A stretch of DNA of 60,080 nucleotides, taken from positions 1 through 60,080 of the forward strand of contig CAZTNR010000001.1 of the NCBI GenBank assembly GCA_964614955.1. Reading direction: 5' to 3'. How positions within the stretch are numbered: position 1 is the first letter of the stretch; the number at the start of each line of letters is the position of its first letter. Positions 34,373-46,200 of this stretch are shown here, piece after piece. The notes under the pieces are model-generated. The model was given only the letters and a program-made list of their open reading frames with translations, searched no databases and was not told the DNA's origin. This DNA comes from an uncultured Oscillospiraceae bacterium. Lineage in GTDB: Bacteria > Bacillota > Clostridia > Oscillospirales > CAG-382. The position numbers and the translations under genes are program-made.

Positions 34373-34776
34373 TGGACAACATCAAATTGATTTTAGCTTT
34401 CATCGGCTTACTTGTTATCGGTATTATTTTTCTTGCCGGAGTCGGTGCGATTTTGCAATACTTCGACGGTGGAAAAGGAAAGTTCGCGAAAAAGCGTGAG
34501 GCGAAGAATTCGGCACCTACCCAAAAGAAAAAGAAATACGTCACATTTACAAAGAGAAAGTTTGACATCATTCTGTACCACGGCATTTTTTGGGTTGACT
34601 TATCCTATGTTCTCGCTTTTATGGACAAGGAACAGATTGCGGAAGCACTTTCGGTGCAGGCGATTACTTCGATTATCGGAGCATTTGCCGCGTATTGCAT
34701 AAAGTCGGCTTTTGAAAAGAAAATCGGAAAGGAGAAGGAAGAATATGAAAGCGTTTCTGAAGAAGCTTACCAGTAG
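34369..34776 (+). CDS. Membrane protein (holin-like or lysis accessory)
   Basis: Contains an N-terminal TM helix and further hydrophobic segments. ATGA overlap with the upstream gene. Confidence 0.45.
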   Translation: MMDNIKLILAFIGLLVIGIIFLAGVGAILQYFDGGKGKFAKKREAKNSAPTQKKKKYVTFTKRKFDIILYHGIFWVDLSYVLAFMDKEQIAEALSVQAITSIIGAFAAYCIKSAFEKKIGKEKEEYESVSEEAYQ

Positions 34777-34981
34777 AAAGTTTATTGTTTCGGTTTCGGG
34801 CATTATCTCGGGTATTGTTCTGATTGCTTCGGGAAATACAACAGAGGGTGTTACGGCTGTTATTGCTTCGGTTGTGGCGTACTTAATCGCCGAGGGCTAC
34901 ATAGATGCAAAGGCGGTTGACGTGCTTGACAATGTTGTTGAGGAAACAAAGGACAAGCTGGAGGGTAACACAGATGATTAG
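34745..34981 (+). CDS. Holin
   Basis: 78 aa. MKAFLKKLTSRKFIV followed by two TM helices and a charged tail. It lies directly upstream of the endolysin. Confidence 0.65.
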   Translation: MKAFLKKLTSRKFIVSVSGIISGIVLIASGNTTEGVTAVIASVVAYLIAEGYIDAKAVDVLDNVVEETKDKLEGNTDD

Positions 34982-35534
34982 TTGTTTTAAGGGTAAATTT
35001 AAAGTTACAAGTCCCAGAGGCTACAGAACCCTTGGCGGTGTTCGTCAGTACCACGGCGGGCTTGATTTAGTGGCTTTGGGCACTGACAAGGGTGTATACG
35101 CCATTGCCGACGGCAAGGTTGATGCGGTACCCTTCGAGGCAAACGGCTTTGGGTACTATGTAAGGCAGCTTCTTCCCGACGGCAGACGTATTTACTACGG
35201 GCATATGGCAAAGGGAAGCATTGTTGTAAAAGCAGGGCAGAGCATCAAGAAGGGCGACAAGCTGGGTATTATGGGTTCAACAGGTGCATCAACGGGTGCG
35301 CACACTCACATTGAGCTAAGAATACCGGGAACGTCGAAGACAAGTCTTGACATATCCGAATTCACAGGTATTCCCAACGCACAGGGTACTTATGAAATGG
35401 ATGAGCTTACAGCCGAGGAGGCAAAGGAAAACATCCGCAAGAAGTGCGGCTTTGAGGCTCAGACGATGGAATATCTTTCAAAATACAAATGGGCTGACGA
35501 TTTATTCCTGAAGCTTTGGAAGGCTATGGAATAA
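34974..35534 (+). CDS. M23-family peptidoglycan endopeptidase (endolysin)
   Basis: YHGGLD (HxxxD) and GAHTHIE (HxH). Confidence 0.8.
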   Translation: MISCFKGKFKVTSPRGYRTLGGVRQYHGGLDLVALGTDKGVYAIADGKVDAVPFEANGFGYYVRQLLPDGRRIYYGHMAKGSIVVKAGQSIKKGDKLGIMGSTGASTGAHTHIELRIPGTSKTSLDISEFTGIPNAQGTYEMDELTAEEAKENIRKKCGFEAQTMEYLSKYKWADDLFLKLWKAME

Positions 35535-35541
35535 AGCACAA

Positions 35542-35585
35542 AACACCTTACATTGTCCGATAACAGACGTGTAAGGTGTTTTATT
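35542..35585 (+). terminator. Strong intrinsic terminator after the lysis cassette
   Basis: 11-bp stem aacaccttaca/tgtaaggtgtt followed by ttttatt. Confidence 0.8.
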
Positions 35586-35618
35586 ATATGAGTATAAAAA
35601 CGAAACGGAGGTTTTATT

Positions 35619-37232
35619 ATGGCAAACAATAAATACGACCTTTACGGCGACATACAAGACCAGTATCAGCTCAAGGTCAATTACGATGATGCAAAAAAGA
35701 AAGGCGATGCAAAGGGCATGGAAGATGCCGCAAAAGCCGCTACGGCCGTAAGACAAAGAATGACCGACAATGGTTATGGTAACCTTGCAAAGCAATTTGA
35801 AGGCTACAACACGGCACAGATGGGAAATTACCTCAAGTATTATCCTACACAGGGCAAAAGCTCATTCAGAGACTATCTGAAGGGGTCTAAGCTTGTTACG
35901 GAATACGGCTACACCCCCGAGCAGATTGATAAAGCTATCGGCTGGAATAATGCGACCAAAGAAATTACGTTCAACGGAATGAATGTTGGTAAGGCAGACA
36001 CAATCGTTGATGGCACTTCGTATTTTGAAAACGGCTTTTTGGACGGCGTGATTGATAACATCATTACTCACGAAAGCCTTACTCCGAAAGTTTCTTCTAC
36101 GTCGAGTGAAAATATACAGAAGCTTCTCGGAATTCAGTTCAACGACAGAAACGAAAACGACGCAAAGCGTGACGAACTATGGTCCGAAGCCAAAGCCAAC
36201 CCTTTCGAAACGGATGTGGGAAAGGCTATTATGGCAGATTACAACCTTAAAGCCATGCAGGGCAGAGACAACGAGGCGGCAAGCGGTGCGGCATCAAACG
36301 GTGGAAACATCGATTCGTTCGCAGCAGCAAACGCGCTTAGGCAACAGGCGTCTCTTACGGCTAAGGGACAACAGCAGGCTATAGCGGCGCAGTCGGCGAG
36401 AATAAACGATTTAAGAGGCGTTCTTGGTGATATTGTGGGTACACAGCAGATTGAAAATCAGGGCACACTTGAAACAATCGATGCACAGGCGAATCTCGAA
36501 CAGAGAGATTTTGAAAACAAGGAAACAGAAAAGCTCAACGACCACGGTATCAATGTTGATATTGCAAATATTACAGGCTATGTTCCCGAAGACTGGTCTA
36601 TGTATTTCAACGACGACGGCACAGTTGCTCCTCAGAGTACTCTTGCGAGGGATGAGGTTGAAGCGGCGAACGCACTTGCAGACAAGCAGCTTGGTTATAA
36701 TCAGGTGTTGGGGCTTGCAGGACTCGAATCCGAAGAAAACATCGCGAAATTCAAGGCAACTTCGAGTGATAGTTCCGACAGCGGTTCGGGCTCGGAAAGC
36801 GGTATGACAGGCTCTCAGGCCACAACTGCACTCAAGAACGGCGAGGTAAACGAAACCGCGATTAAAGCCTACAACGATGCGTATGGCTCAAACTATACCG
36901 TAGACAACCCGCCTGCGATTGCGTACAGCAATTTGGACGACGGACAGAAACCAGACAGCGACGGTTCTGCGTGGGACGCCTGGTATGATGAATTTGAAAA
37001 CGAGAAGGTAAAAGGTTTTCTGACAAGTTACATCAAGCCGTATTACGACAGTTCTACTTTGCCCGACGCAGGAAAACTCAAAGATTTGATTTTGGAAAAA
37101 ACAGCAGATTACGACATCGGTGTCGAGGATGCAAGAAAGATTATGTCGGTATTTGGGCTCGATTCCACATGGCTCGAGGATTACCGAGACCGTTGGGGAT
37201 TTAATTCAAAAAAAGGTATGATTAAAAAGTAA
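35619..37232 (+). CDS. 537-aa hypothetical protein (possible internal virion or ejection protein)
   Basis: RBS acggagg. The central part is a Q/A-rich helical region. No family recognised. Confidence 0.6.
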   Translation: MANNKYDLYGDIQDQYQLKVNYDDAKKKGDAKGMEDAAKAATAVRQRMTDNGYGNLAKQFEGYNTAQMGNYLKYYPTQGKSSFRDYLKGSKLVTEYGYTPEQIDKAIGWNNATKEITFNGMNVGKADTIVDGTSYFENGFLDGVIDNIITHESLTPKVSSTSSENIQKLLGIQFNDRNENDAKRDELWSEAKANPFETDVGKAIMADYNLKAMQGRDNEAASGAASNGGNIDSFAAANALRQQASLTAKGQQQAIAAQSARINDLRGVLGDIVGTQQIENQGTLETIDAQANLEQRDFENKETEKLNDHGINVDIANITGYVPEDWSMYFNDDGTVAPQSTLARDEVEAANALADKQLGYNQVLGLAGLESEENIAKFKATSSDSSDSGSGSESGMTGSQATTALKNGEVNETAIKAYNDAYGSNYTVDNPPAIAYSNLDDGQKPDSDGSAWDAWYDEFENEKVKGFLTSYIKPYYDSSTLPDAGKLKDLILEKTADYDIGVEDARKIMSVFGLDSTWLEDYRDRWGFNSKKGMIKK

Positions 37233-37284
37233 GGTGCTGCTTAAGAAAACGAGCTATTTATAAACAACAGCAAGGAGAAGAAAA

Positions 37285-40200
37285 ATGGCATTTGTAAAAG
37301 CAAACAAAAACAACTCCGAAACAGAGAAAAATGGCGGCTTTGTAAGAACCACTTCTGGTGGTAGCTTTGTTAAGGCCGCAACAAGCGGAACGGCGACGAA
37401 GAACAACGGCAGAGAAAACGGCGAAACCAAGGTCGCTAACGGCAAAACTTATGATGCCGTAAAATCGCAGTATGATGCGGATAAATTCGGCAAAGGCAAT
37501 ATCGACCTTACTGCGCGCCCTATTTATAAAAACGCCGACGGCAAAATTTCTACTGTAAACAGTATGTCTATAAACGAGGATGGAAAAGAGGTTCTTATTC
37601 CTACTATCGTCAATGATAAAAACGGTAATGCGAAAATGCTTACCGAAAGAGAGGCTATAGAACACTACCACAACACCGGTGAATTTCTTGGCAAGTTCGA
37701 CACCGTTGACGAAGCCAATGAATACGCAAACGCTTTACACATTGACCAGGACATATATTATTCCAATTTGTACTATGGAAGTGAAGAAAACCGCGAAAAC
37801 GAGGTTAATGACGTTGGAAACACACGCCAACAGCCTTTAACGGCAGAAGATTACAAGAATTTTTCTGCTTACTTCAAGAAACAACTCGCCGAGTCTCTCC
37901 CTAAAAACAAAGGCGATTTTGACGGAAAGAAAGTACGCGAGCTGACGAAACAGTATGCAGCAGTTCAGGCGGCAATTTACGAAAATAACCTCAAGAACGG
38001 TTTTACAGGTACCACTCCTATCGGCGACAACATTGCAAATTTATACAAGGCGCACGGGTATGATTTTCAGAAGCTGTTTCCCGACCTTTACGATGCCTAT
38101 TCAACAGGCAATGTAGAGGCGTTTGCTTATCAGAACAGCGGCGAGTACAAGGTAAAGGTCGATGACAAGCGCAAAGCCGAAATTGATAAGGTTCTTTTCG
38201 ACCTTGGCAAAACCTTTGACGAACAAATAAAGACAGCCGAGGACGAACTTGCCGTTCTCGAGGAAAAGCAGTACGCAATGGGCGGCAAAACTTTAGCCCA
38301 CAACCCCTTCATAAGACCGACCGCTAACTACTCTGTCGAAGATATCACCAAGTGGAAAAACGAAGGTGTGGACTTCGGCGAAGAGATTGCTTCCAAGAAA
38401 GCAGAGATAGAATCAATCAAGGCATACTATACCTCTGTTTCCGAAGTGTTTAGGGCGAAGAGCCAGCCTGACTTTGAAGAAAAAAGCAAGTATGTTTTAG
38501 GCATAACACAAGACAAAGGAGAAAGCACAAACAGCTATTTGCCAAAAGGCTTCTACGAAAAAGTTGCCAGAGAACACAATAAAGACAAAAAAGACTTAAC
38601 ATTTTCAAACGAAGACGGATCTACATACACAGTTACTGTGGACAAGAACGGTTTAACAGACGATGAATATGGCACCCTGATGTATATTCTTAATACGCAG
38701 GGTGCAGAGGCGGCTGACAAATTCTATGAAGGAATTGCATTCAACAGAAACAGCAACATTGCACAAAGCGTTCACGATACCTTTCAGGAAACGGAAAAAG
38801 GCGGGCTGTTTCAAAAGATAGGTGCCGGCATTGGCGAAACGGCATACGCGCTCGCTTCCGGCGTTGAGGGCTTGATAACAGCCCCCATTAATATGGTTGC
38901 CGATATGACGGGAGTGGGGAGTGGATACTATGCTCCCTCTGTCAGCCAACAGGTAACCGCAAAGAACATCGAAAGCGCTGACGGACTCGGAAGAATTGGT
39001 CTTCAGGCAGTCCAGACTGCGCCTCAGATTGCAGGAGTCGTCGCCGCGGCGAAATTCGGTGGCCCTACTGCAGCCAACGCTTTTCTCGCTTATACGGCTT
39101 TCCCAAGTTCGTATGTGGACGCAAGAAACAGAGGTGCGAGTGAAGCGCAGGCGTTAAATAAGGCAGGACTTGACACGGCTCTCGAACTTGCTACAGAAAA
39201 GTTCCTCGGCAACACAATCGAGGGTTCAGGCACAACGTTCACCGGTTTAGTCGGTTCTGCTGTTAAAAAGACCGGCATTGGTGCGAAAGTGTTTGACTTT
39301 TTCAGCGACGTTGCTTCAAAGTATCCCAACATAGGCACGAGCTTGAGACTCGTGGGTAAGAGTAGCGGTAGCGGTATTTCGGAAATGGCGGAAGAATACA
39401 CGGCGTCGTTCTTTGCGCCTTACGTTGAGAATATCGTTTACGGCACAACAAAGAAGGCGGAGCTGTGGAACGAGGAAGAGAAAGAATCGTCTGCCGTTGG
39501 TTTTATCACGGGTTTAATCCTCGGAGAGGCGAGAAATGTCAATTTGTACAGCTATATCGCAAACGGAGACTATGGAGCGAGGATAGCCGAAATCTATTCT
39601 CTCTCTGATAAAGCTGTTACAGCCGACTATCTTAAAAACATAGATGTATCAACCCTTACCGAAATCGCAAGATATGAAAACGAAGGTTTCGATTCTCTTA
39701 CAGAGCAGGAACAGTCGGAAATGGTTGCAAGGGTTAGAAGCAGAATTGAAAGCGGAATTACTCCCGAGGAAGCACGAGCAGAACTTCTTGAAGAAGAAAC
39801 ACTTCGTGCCGCAATCTTCGGAATGGAAGACCTCGCAAAGCAAGGATACGCTTACGAAGAAGCTTCGAATAAACTTCGCAAGCAGGGCGTAGATGTTAAC
39901 AAGTACTCGGAATTTGCGAAGCAGGCATACGAGATAGGCGAGCAGAAAAAGCCTTTAATGCCCGAAATTCCTCCGGTTGCCGTTGAAATGGCAAGAGAAG
40001 GAAAGTCGTCAAGTGAAATTGCTGATACGCTTGTCAGTGCCGGCAAGGAAAGCAGCGTCGAGCGTGCAATTCGTGCAGCGAACGCGGCAAAGAACAAAGT
40101 GTTCTCGGAAACACTTATGCCCGAAATGACTGTAGTACAGAGACAGAAAGCGATGCAAGACCGTATCATTGCAGAAAATAAAGCAGAAGAAGAGTACTTT

Positions 40201-43200
40201 GCTGAGAAGTACAACAACACGATGTCTGAAGCAAAAGAAACTCTTGGAAATGGGTTTAATTACGCTTTTATTTCAGATGCCGTTAACAAGATATCAAGCA
40301 ATCTCCTCAAAAGCTTTGCAGAAGAAAACGGCACGCACATTTCGGCGGGACGGGTAAAAAACATCGTACTTGAAGCAATCGTAGCTCGCGGCGAAGTAAG
40401 CAAAGAAAACATTACAAAGCAGCTTGCCGACGCTTTTGCTATGAGTATGCCTGTTGCTTCGAAGACGTATCAGACTTTGGTATCGCCGGGAACTTCGGCA
40501 ACAGAGGCTCTTACAAATTATGCTCTAAGAGGTGAGATTTCTAACACCGTTGCTGACAAGGCTTCGCTTGAGGAGGCAGGAAAGCGTTTTAAGGCTATTT
40601 CGGATTCTGCGGCAACTCAGGTAGCGAATGCGAGAAAGCACTTATATGGCACATCTGCACTTGAAACAGTCACTGTACCTGCGGTCACAAACACAGAGTA
40701 CATAACCGCTGAAATGACAGATGCCGAAAGGTACGAGATTCTCAAGGACAAAAAAATAACATTAGCTAAAGCTAATGCCGAGTTATACAACAAATACTAC
40801 GAGCAGATGCCGCAGCTTCTTGAAGACAAGCTGAAAACAAAAGATGCCAAAAAGCTTATCAAAAAGATAGCAACCGATTTTGGAGTTTTTACCGAATACG
40901 AAAATAAAGATTTTGATATAAAGTTCGAGTTTGGCAGGAACAATCTTGATGAAAGCATAGGCAAGCAGAAAGGAAACTACGATTTATATGCGCAAATGCT
41001 TTCGTGCTTCTCTGATGTAATATCAAATGCTGTCGGAATAGAAGTTCACAATCGAAACAACGACGGCTATAAGGTTGACATGACTTTGAAAAACGTTTAT
41101 GTATTATGCAGCGCTTTTGAGAACGACACCGACATTGTGCCTGTAAAGCTATCCGTCAAGGAGTTTGTTGACAAAGAAAACAGGTTATACGTTGCTGTTG
41201 CGCTTGAAAGCATAAAAAAAGACAGGGTCGTAAGCATGGGTGTTCAGGATAACCTGACTCACGTCCGTACCTCGCCTGCCATTATCAGTATACGCGATAT
41301 TTTCAGAAATGTCAACCCTTTGGATGTAGATTTTCTTAAATACATTCCCGACGATTTTTTGAACGAAGAACAAATTGCGGCAAAAAACGGTGTCAATTCA
41401 GACTTGAAAAAGGCACCCGAAAGTGATACAATGATATCAGAGGTTGAAAATACTTCTTCAGAGACCGAAAACAAGGAAGATATCAGGACCCGATTCAACG
41501 AGTTAACAAACAAGCTCTCAAAAAAATACGGCGAAGGTGCCGTAAAGGAAGTTCTTATATTTTCCGCCGACGTTGCCGACGGTGCAGCTTCTGATGTGAG
41601 TGATATCGCAGGCAAAAGAATAAGCGGTAAAAAGCTGCTTCCTTCTTGCATTGAAGCAATGGCTGCCGACAACGACGCTGATGCTGCAGCTGCTATATCC
41701 GAAAGCTTTTCCGATATTTTCGTTTCTGCAAACATATCTGTGGAAATGGTACGCGGTGTTATTGACGAAGCAAGTGAAAGAATAGTTTCCAAGAGAGCTG
41801 AGCTTGAAGAAAAGAACGGCGTTCCTTCGGTCGGCGAAGGAAACGTTGAAGCAGAAACGGCAGAAAAAGCAGCAGAAAGTGTGCAGAACGTGTCTGAAAA
41901 TTCGTCGGACTCTGAGTTCGACGAATGGAAACCAGAAGCAAAGACAGATAAACGCACAAAGTTCGGTGAGAAAGCAAAGCCTGAGGATACTGTTTCCACG
42001 GTGTTTGATTTTGGTGATGGCATTGACGCGGATGCATTGGCTGTGTTTGAAAAGGATAAACATTCACAAAAGGAGATAAATAACGATGTCAATACGACAA
42101 AAAATAAAGAACAGAACAGAAATTTTGTCGAAAGCGAAGAAATCGGAAAAGATAATAATACTGGTGAGAGATTTGGCGTTTTACAAGCCTCAGAAACAGG
42201 CATTGAACTTCGCGATAGAAACACTGGATCTTTGGATACAGAAGCCGACAGAAGAACAGCTGACATCTCAGGAAACAGAGATGCTGAAGTCGGAGATATC
42301 AAGGATACAAAAAATGAAACCGGAAGACTTTTACGAAGAACTGAAGACCGTTCTTTAGAAGAAATCTGCGAATCAGAAAACTTCGTTAATCTTTCGCGGT
42401 TTATCGGAGATGAAATTTCCTCTGCCCAGTCAAAAGCGTTTATAGATGCTTACATAAACGGCGAACATGGTGAAAGCGAATTTGATTTGATGCAGCTTGT
42501 TGCATACGATGTCGTTTCCGATGAAAACAACAACTTGCGAGAAATCTTTTCGGACAACGTTGACGAGTATTTTCTTTATGATTCGCTTGATTCTACTCAG
42601 GACATAACCGGCAAGGCGGTGCCTGATGATGTACGTGAACGATTTAAGAACACGGTTGTAAAGAGCTCTAAAGGCAGTTTAATTCCCGTTTATCACGGAA
42701 CCGACAAATACTATCCGAATCTGAAACGAGGAGAAACAGGTATTCACTTTGGCAGCTATGCTCAAGCGGCAAACAGGGCAAAAGACAAAGGGTTTGATAC
42801 GCCATATTTTGTCAAAGCGTACTTAAATATCACGAATCCTGTAATAATAGAAGATGACTTTTTCAACTGGAACGCACCCCAACTTGCTCACGCTTTGAGC
42901 CGCACCGGTGTAATTACGGCAGACGAAGCTGTGAAATATTTTGAATCAGCGAAACTCGAAAGCATTGAAAAAGCTAACGAGGACATAGTACAAAAGTTAA
43001 AAGAACTTGGGTATGACGGCATAATCTATCAAAACGCTGTTGAGGCTGTAAACGGAAAGTCATACATAGTGTTTGATGAAAGTCAAATTTTCAGGCTCGA
43101 CGGCGACGATAACTCTACGAACAAGGAGAACACAGAAAATGGCAGAGAGCAGACAGGAATACCGGGTACAGAAAGCGAAGGACATACCGGAGGAAATGTA

Positions 43201-46200
43201 TCAGCTCTAAAAACAGACCCAAGACAAGGAACTGAAAATTCCGAACTTCTCTCTTCAAAAAACGGCATTGTTACCTTAAAGAAGCCAAAGGGGTACGAAA
43301 GTGCGTTTAAAAAATCCGAGCGAATAATCGTAGGGAAGGAACATATAACCAACGGCTTTGTAGGAATCCGCAAGTCTTTGGTCGATACAGAAAAAGTTAA
43401 GACCTACGCAAACAAGAAGTGGTCGAACGTTTCAGAAAATAACGAGTTTGACTTGACAAAGCATTTTACCGAGGGTGCAAACTTAATGATTACGGGAGAC
43501 CCGAAAGTAATAGAAGTACCCAGGGTAGCTCGTGCGTATTCGTTCAAAATTGACGGCGGTTATTATATTTATAATCAACAATTTGTCGACGCCTTTGCCA
43601 AAGACGGAAATACGTTCTGGGTGAATCCCGAAAAGCCGAACAGTGCAATGGGTATAAAGAACGCTGACGGTGAAAGCATTGGTCTTATAATGCCCATACG
43701 TTCGTCATCAAAGAATGATGCTTCTCTTGCCGAACAAACCGCCAAGAGACACAACGAAGCAAAATACGCAAGTGAGGTTCTTGAAGAAAAGAGACAAGAA
43801 AAGGCTTCAAAGAAGGAAACTGCAGAGTTTTCTTATTCGTTGGATGATTCGGAAAGCGATTTGACGCAACGACACTTTTCGCCATCAGAGAAGGTAGTGC
43901 AGGCTTTTGCCGATTCGATTGACAAGTGGCTTTCCGGCAATATGAAGTCAAACGAATACTTTGAACTCGGCGAACCCCCCACGGTTCTCAAAGAACTTGG
44001 TGCAAAGGACTTGCCCGTGATAATGTCTCAGGATGTTATTGTTAAAATAACAGGTGAAAAGCACAGCATAAGTCTTGATGAAATTAAGAGACTACCCGAA
44101 GCGATACACGACCCGATTATGGTATTCAGCTCGGCAACCGTTCCGAATGCTTTTGTGCTTATAACCGAGCTTACAGACAAAAGCGGTAACGATGTTGTTG
44201 TAGCGTTGCATCTCAATAAAAAGCAAGACAGACTTTCTGTAAATCGAATCGCAAGCGTTTACGGCAAGGGCAATGTTGCAAATTTCGTCGAAGCTCAGTC
44301 GGAACTTGGAAATCTGCGATATGTTGACAAAGAAAAAAGTCAGCAATGGTCTACGAGCAGAGGGCTCCAATTGCCCAAGCTGGTTCAGTCCATTACTGAC
44401 AATGACAGTATACTACAAAAAGAGGATATTGTCAATAGTATTTTATTCGAGAACGGCGAAAAAGATTCAGGAAATATTCAGAAGAATGTTGCCGAAACAG
44501 ACAATGAGTATCTTGAGGCTGTCGAAAGCGGTGACGTGGAAAAGGCTCAGAGGATGGTTGATGAAGCGGCGAGAACGGCGGGATACAATTCTCCTTTGCT
44601 TTATCACGGAACAAGTGCTTTTGGCTTTACCGAGTTTGATTTATCGAAGGCGGACGACGGCAGAACTATCTTTTTGACAAGCAGTGAGGAGATTGCTTCT
44701 ACTTATTCGGGCGTAGACGGAAAAAGAAAAGTTTCTGATATATACACTGAAAAAGTTGAAAACATGTCCGTTCCTGAGCTTGCTAATGCCCTTAACGAAG
44801 TTACAGAAAAATACGGAGCATCTGAGGATGGTGACAAGAACCGCTATTCATATTATGACTATGGGAAAGTAAATCGTCTTATAAGCCAAGTTAACACCGG
44901 GCTTGAGGAATTGAGACCGACGATTGACGGCAAAATAAGCGAATATGCCGAAAGAATGTCCGAGGATTTCAACGACAAAGATGCGAAGGTTCACAAACAG
45001 CTTGTCGAACTCAAGGAAAAGCTTGACAAGTGGGAATACGACAAATTATCTACTCCCATTTACATGTTACTGCACCACACCGATGTTTTCTCGGGCAGTG
45101 CAAATGTGAAGAAGGTCGCCGAACTCGAAAAGAACATACGCATTATGAACAGAGTGAGGTCGAGCAAAAGCCTCGACGAAGGTGTAATTGTAAGCGAATC
45201 ATTAGGCGGATATTACACAAATACTTTGAGCAGAGATGTGGCAATCAGGCAACTACGTTCACTTATCAGCAAAGGTAACTATTCATTATATGCAAAGTTA
45301 GTTAAGCCATTAACAATCGATGCACACGGAGAATTATGGAACTCAATATACGGTTGGTCCGACGACATGGTTCCCAAAGCCGACAGCGTAGAGGTTACAA
45401 AAGAAGGCAACGAATACCGTTTGAAGGACAAGGAAACAGGAAAGTTTGTTGAGGATGCCGTAATTGATGTGAACGATGTTACTTCATCAATGACCGACGA
45501 GGAACGCAAGACTTTTATTCTTAACAAGATTCGTGACATGTGGTCCATAAGAACCGAAAACATCAAATCAACAAGAGGAATTGCAAAATATGCAAAAGAA
45601 CATGGATATGGAAGCGTTATCATCAAGAATCTTGTTGACAACGGCGGAAACAACAGCCGCGTTGATATGGACACAAAGGCGGACATTTACATTCTGTTTG
45701 ACTCGAACAACGCAAAATCCGCCGACCCCGTTACCTACGACGATGACGGAAATGTTATTCCTTTGTCAGAGAGGTTTAATCCCGAGAAGAATGATATAAG
45801 GTACTCAATAGAAGGACAGACTTCTATTTATGAAAACGAAAGCGAGGCAGAACATGAAAGAAACAGTATATACGATGGAAGCGAACGACGGAACGCTGGT
45901 GAGAGTTCCGGCAAGCAGGATGAACGCTTGGTTGAAGGAACAGGAGAAACAAGCGAAGTCTCGGCAGAAGAAAGACGAAGATACTCAGAAGCCTTAACGG
46001 ATGAGCAGATCGAGAAAAAAACATTTAAAGATTCATCGGGACGAGCCGTAAAGGCTGACTTAATCAAAAAATCGGCTTGGAACGACGATATGCGCAGTCT
46101 TGCGGAAGCTTATGCGAATAAGGGTATTGAGGTTGCTTTTACAAAAGGCAGCATCAAACTCGGTTTTGCGTTTGGCAGAACGGCGAGAGCTATGCATATG

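Noticed and set aside
41259-42302. 347-aa minus-strand ORF (Ser/Phe/Leu-rich), plus many other 60-180-aa antisense ORFs inside 37285-49731
   Set aside because: They lie entirely antisense to the uninterrupted 12.4-kb ORF. Their composition is the mirror of the E/K/A-rich sense frame, none has an RBS, and they are low-complexity. They are shadow ORFs.
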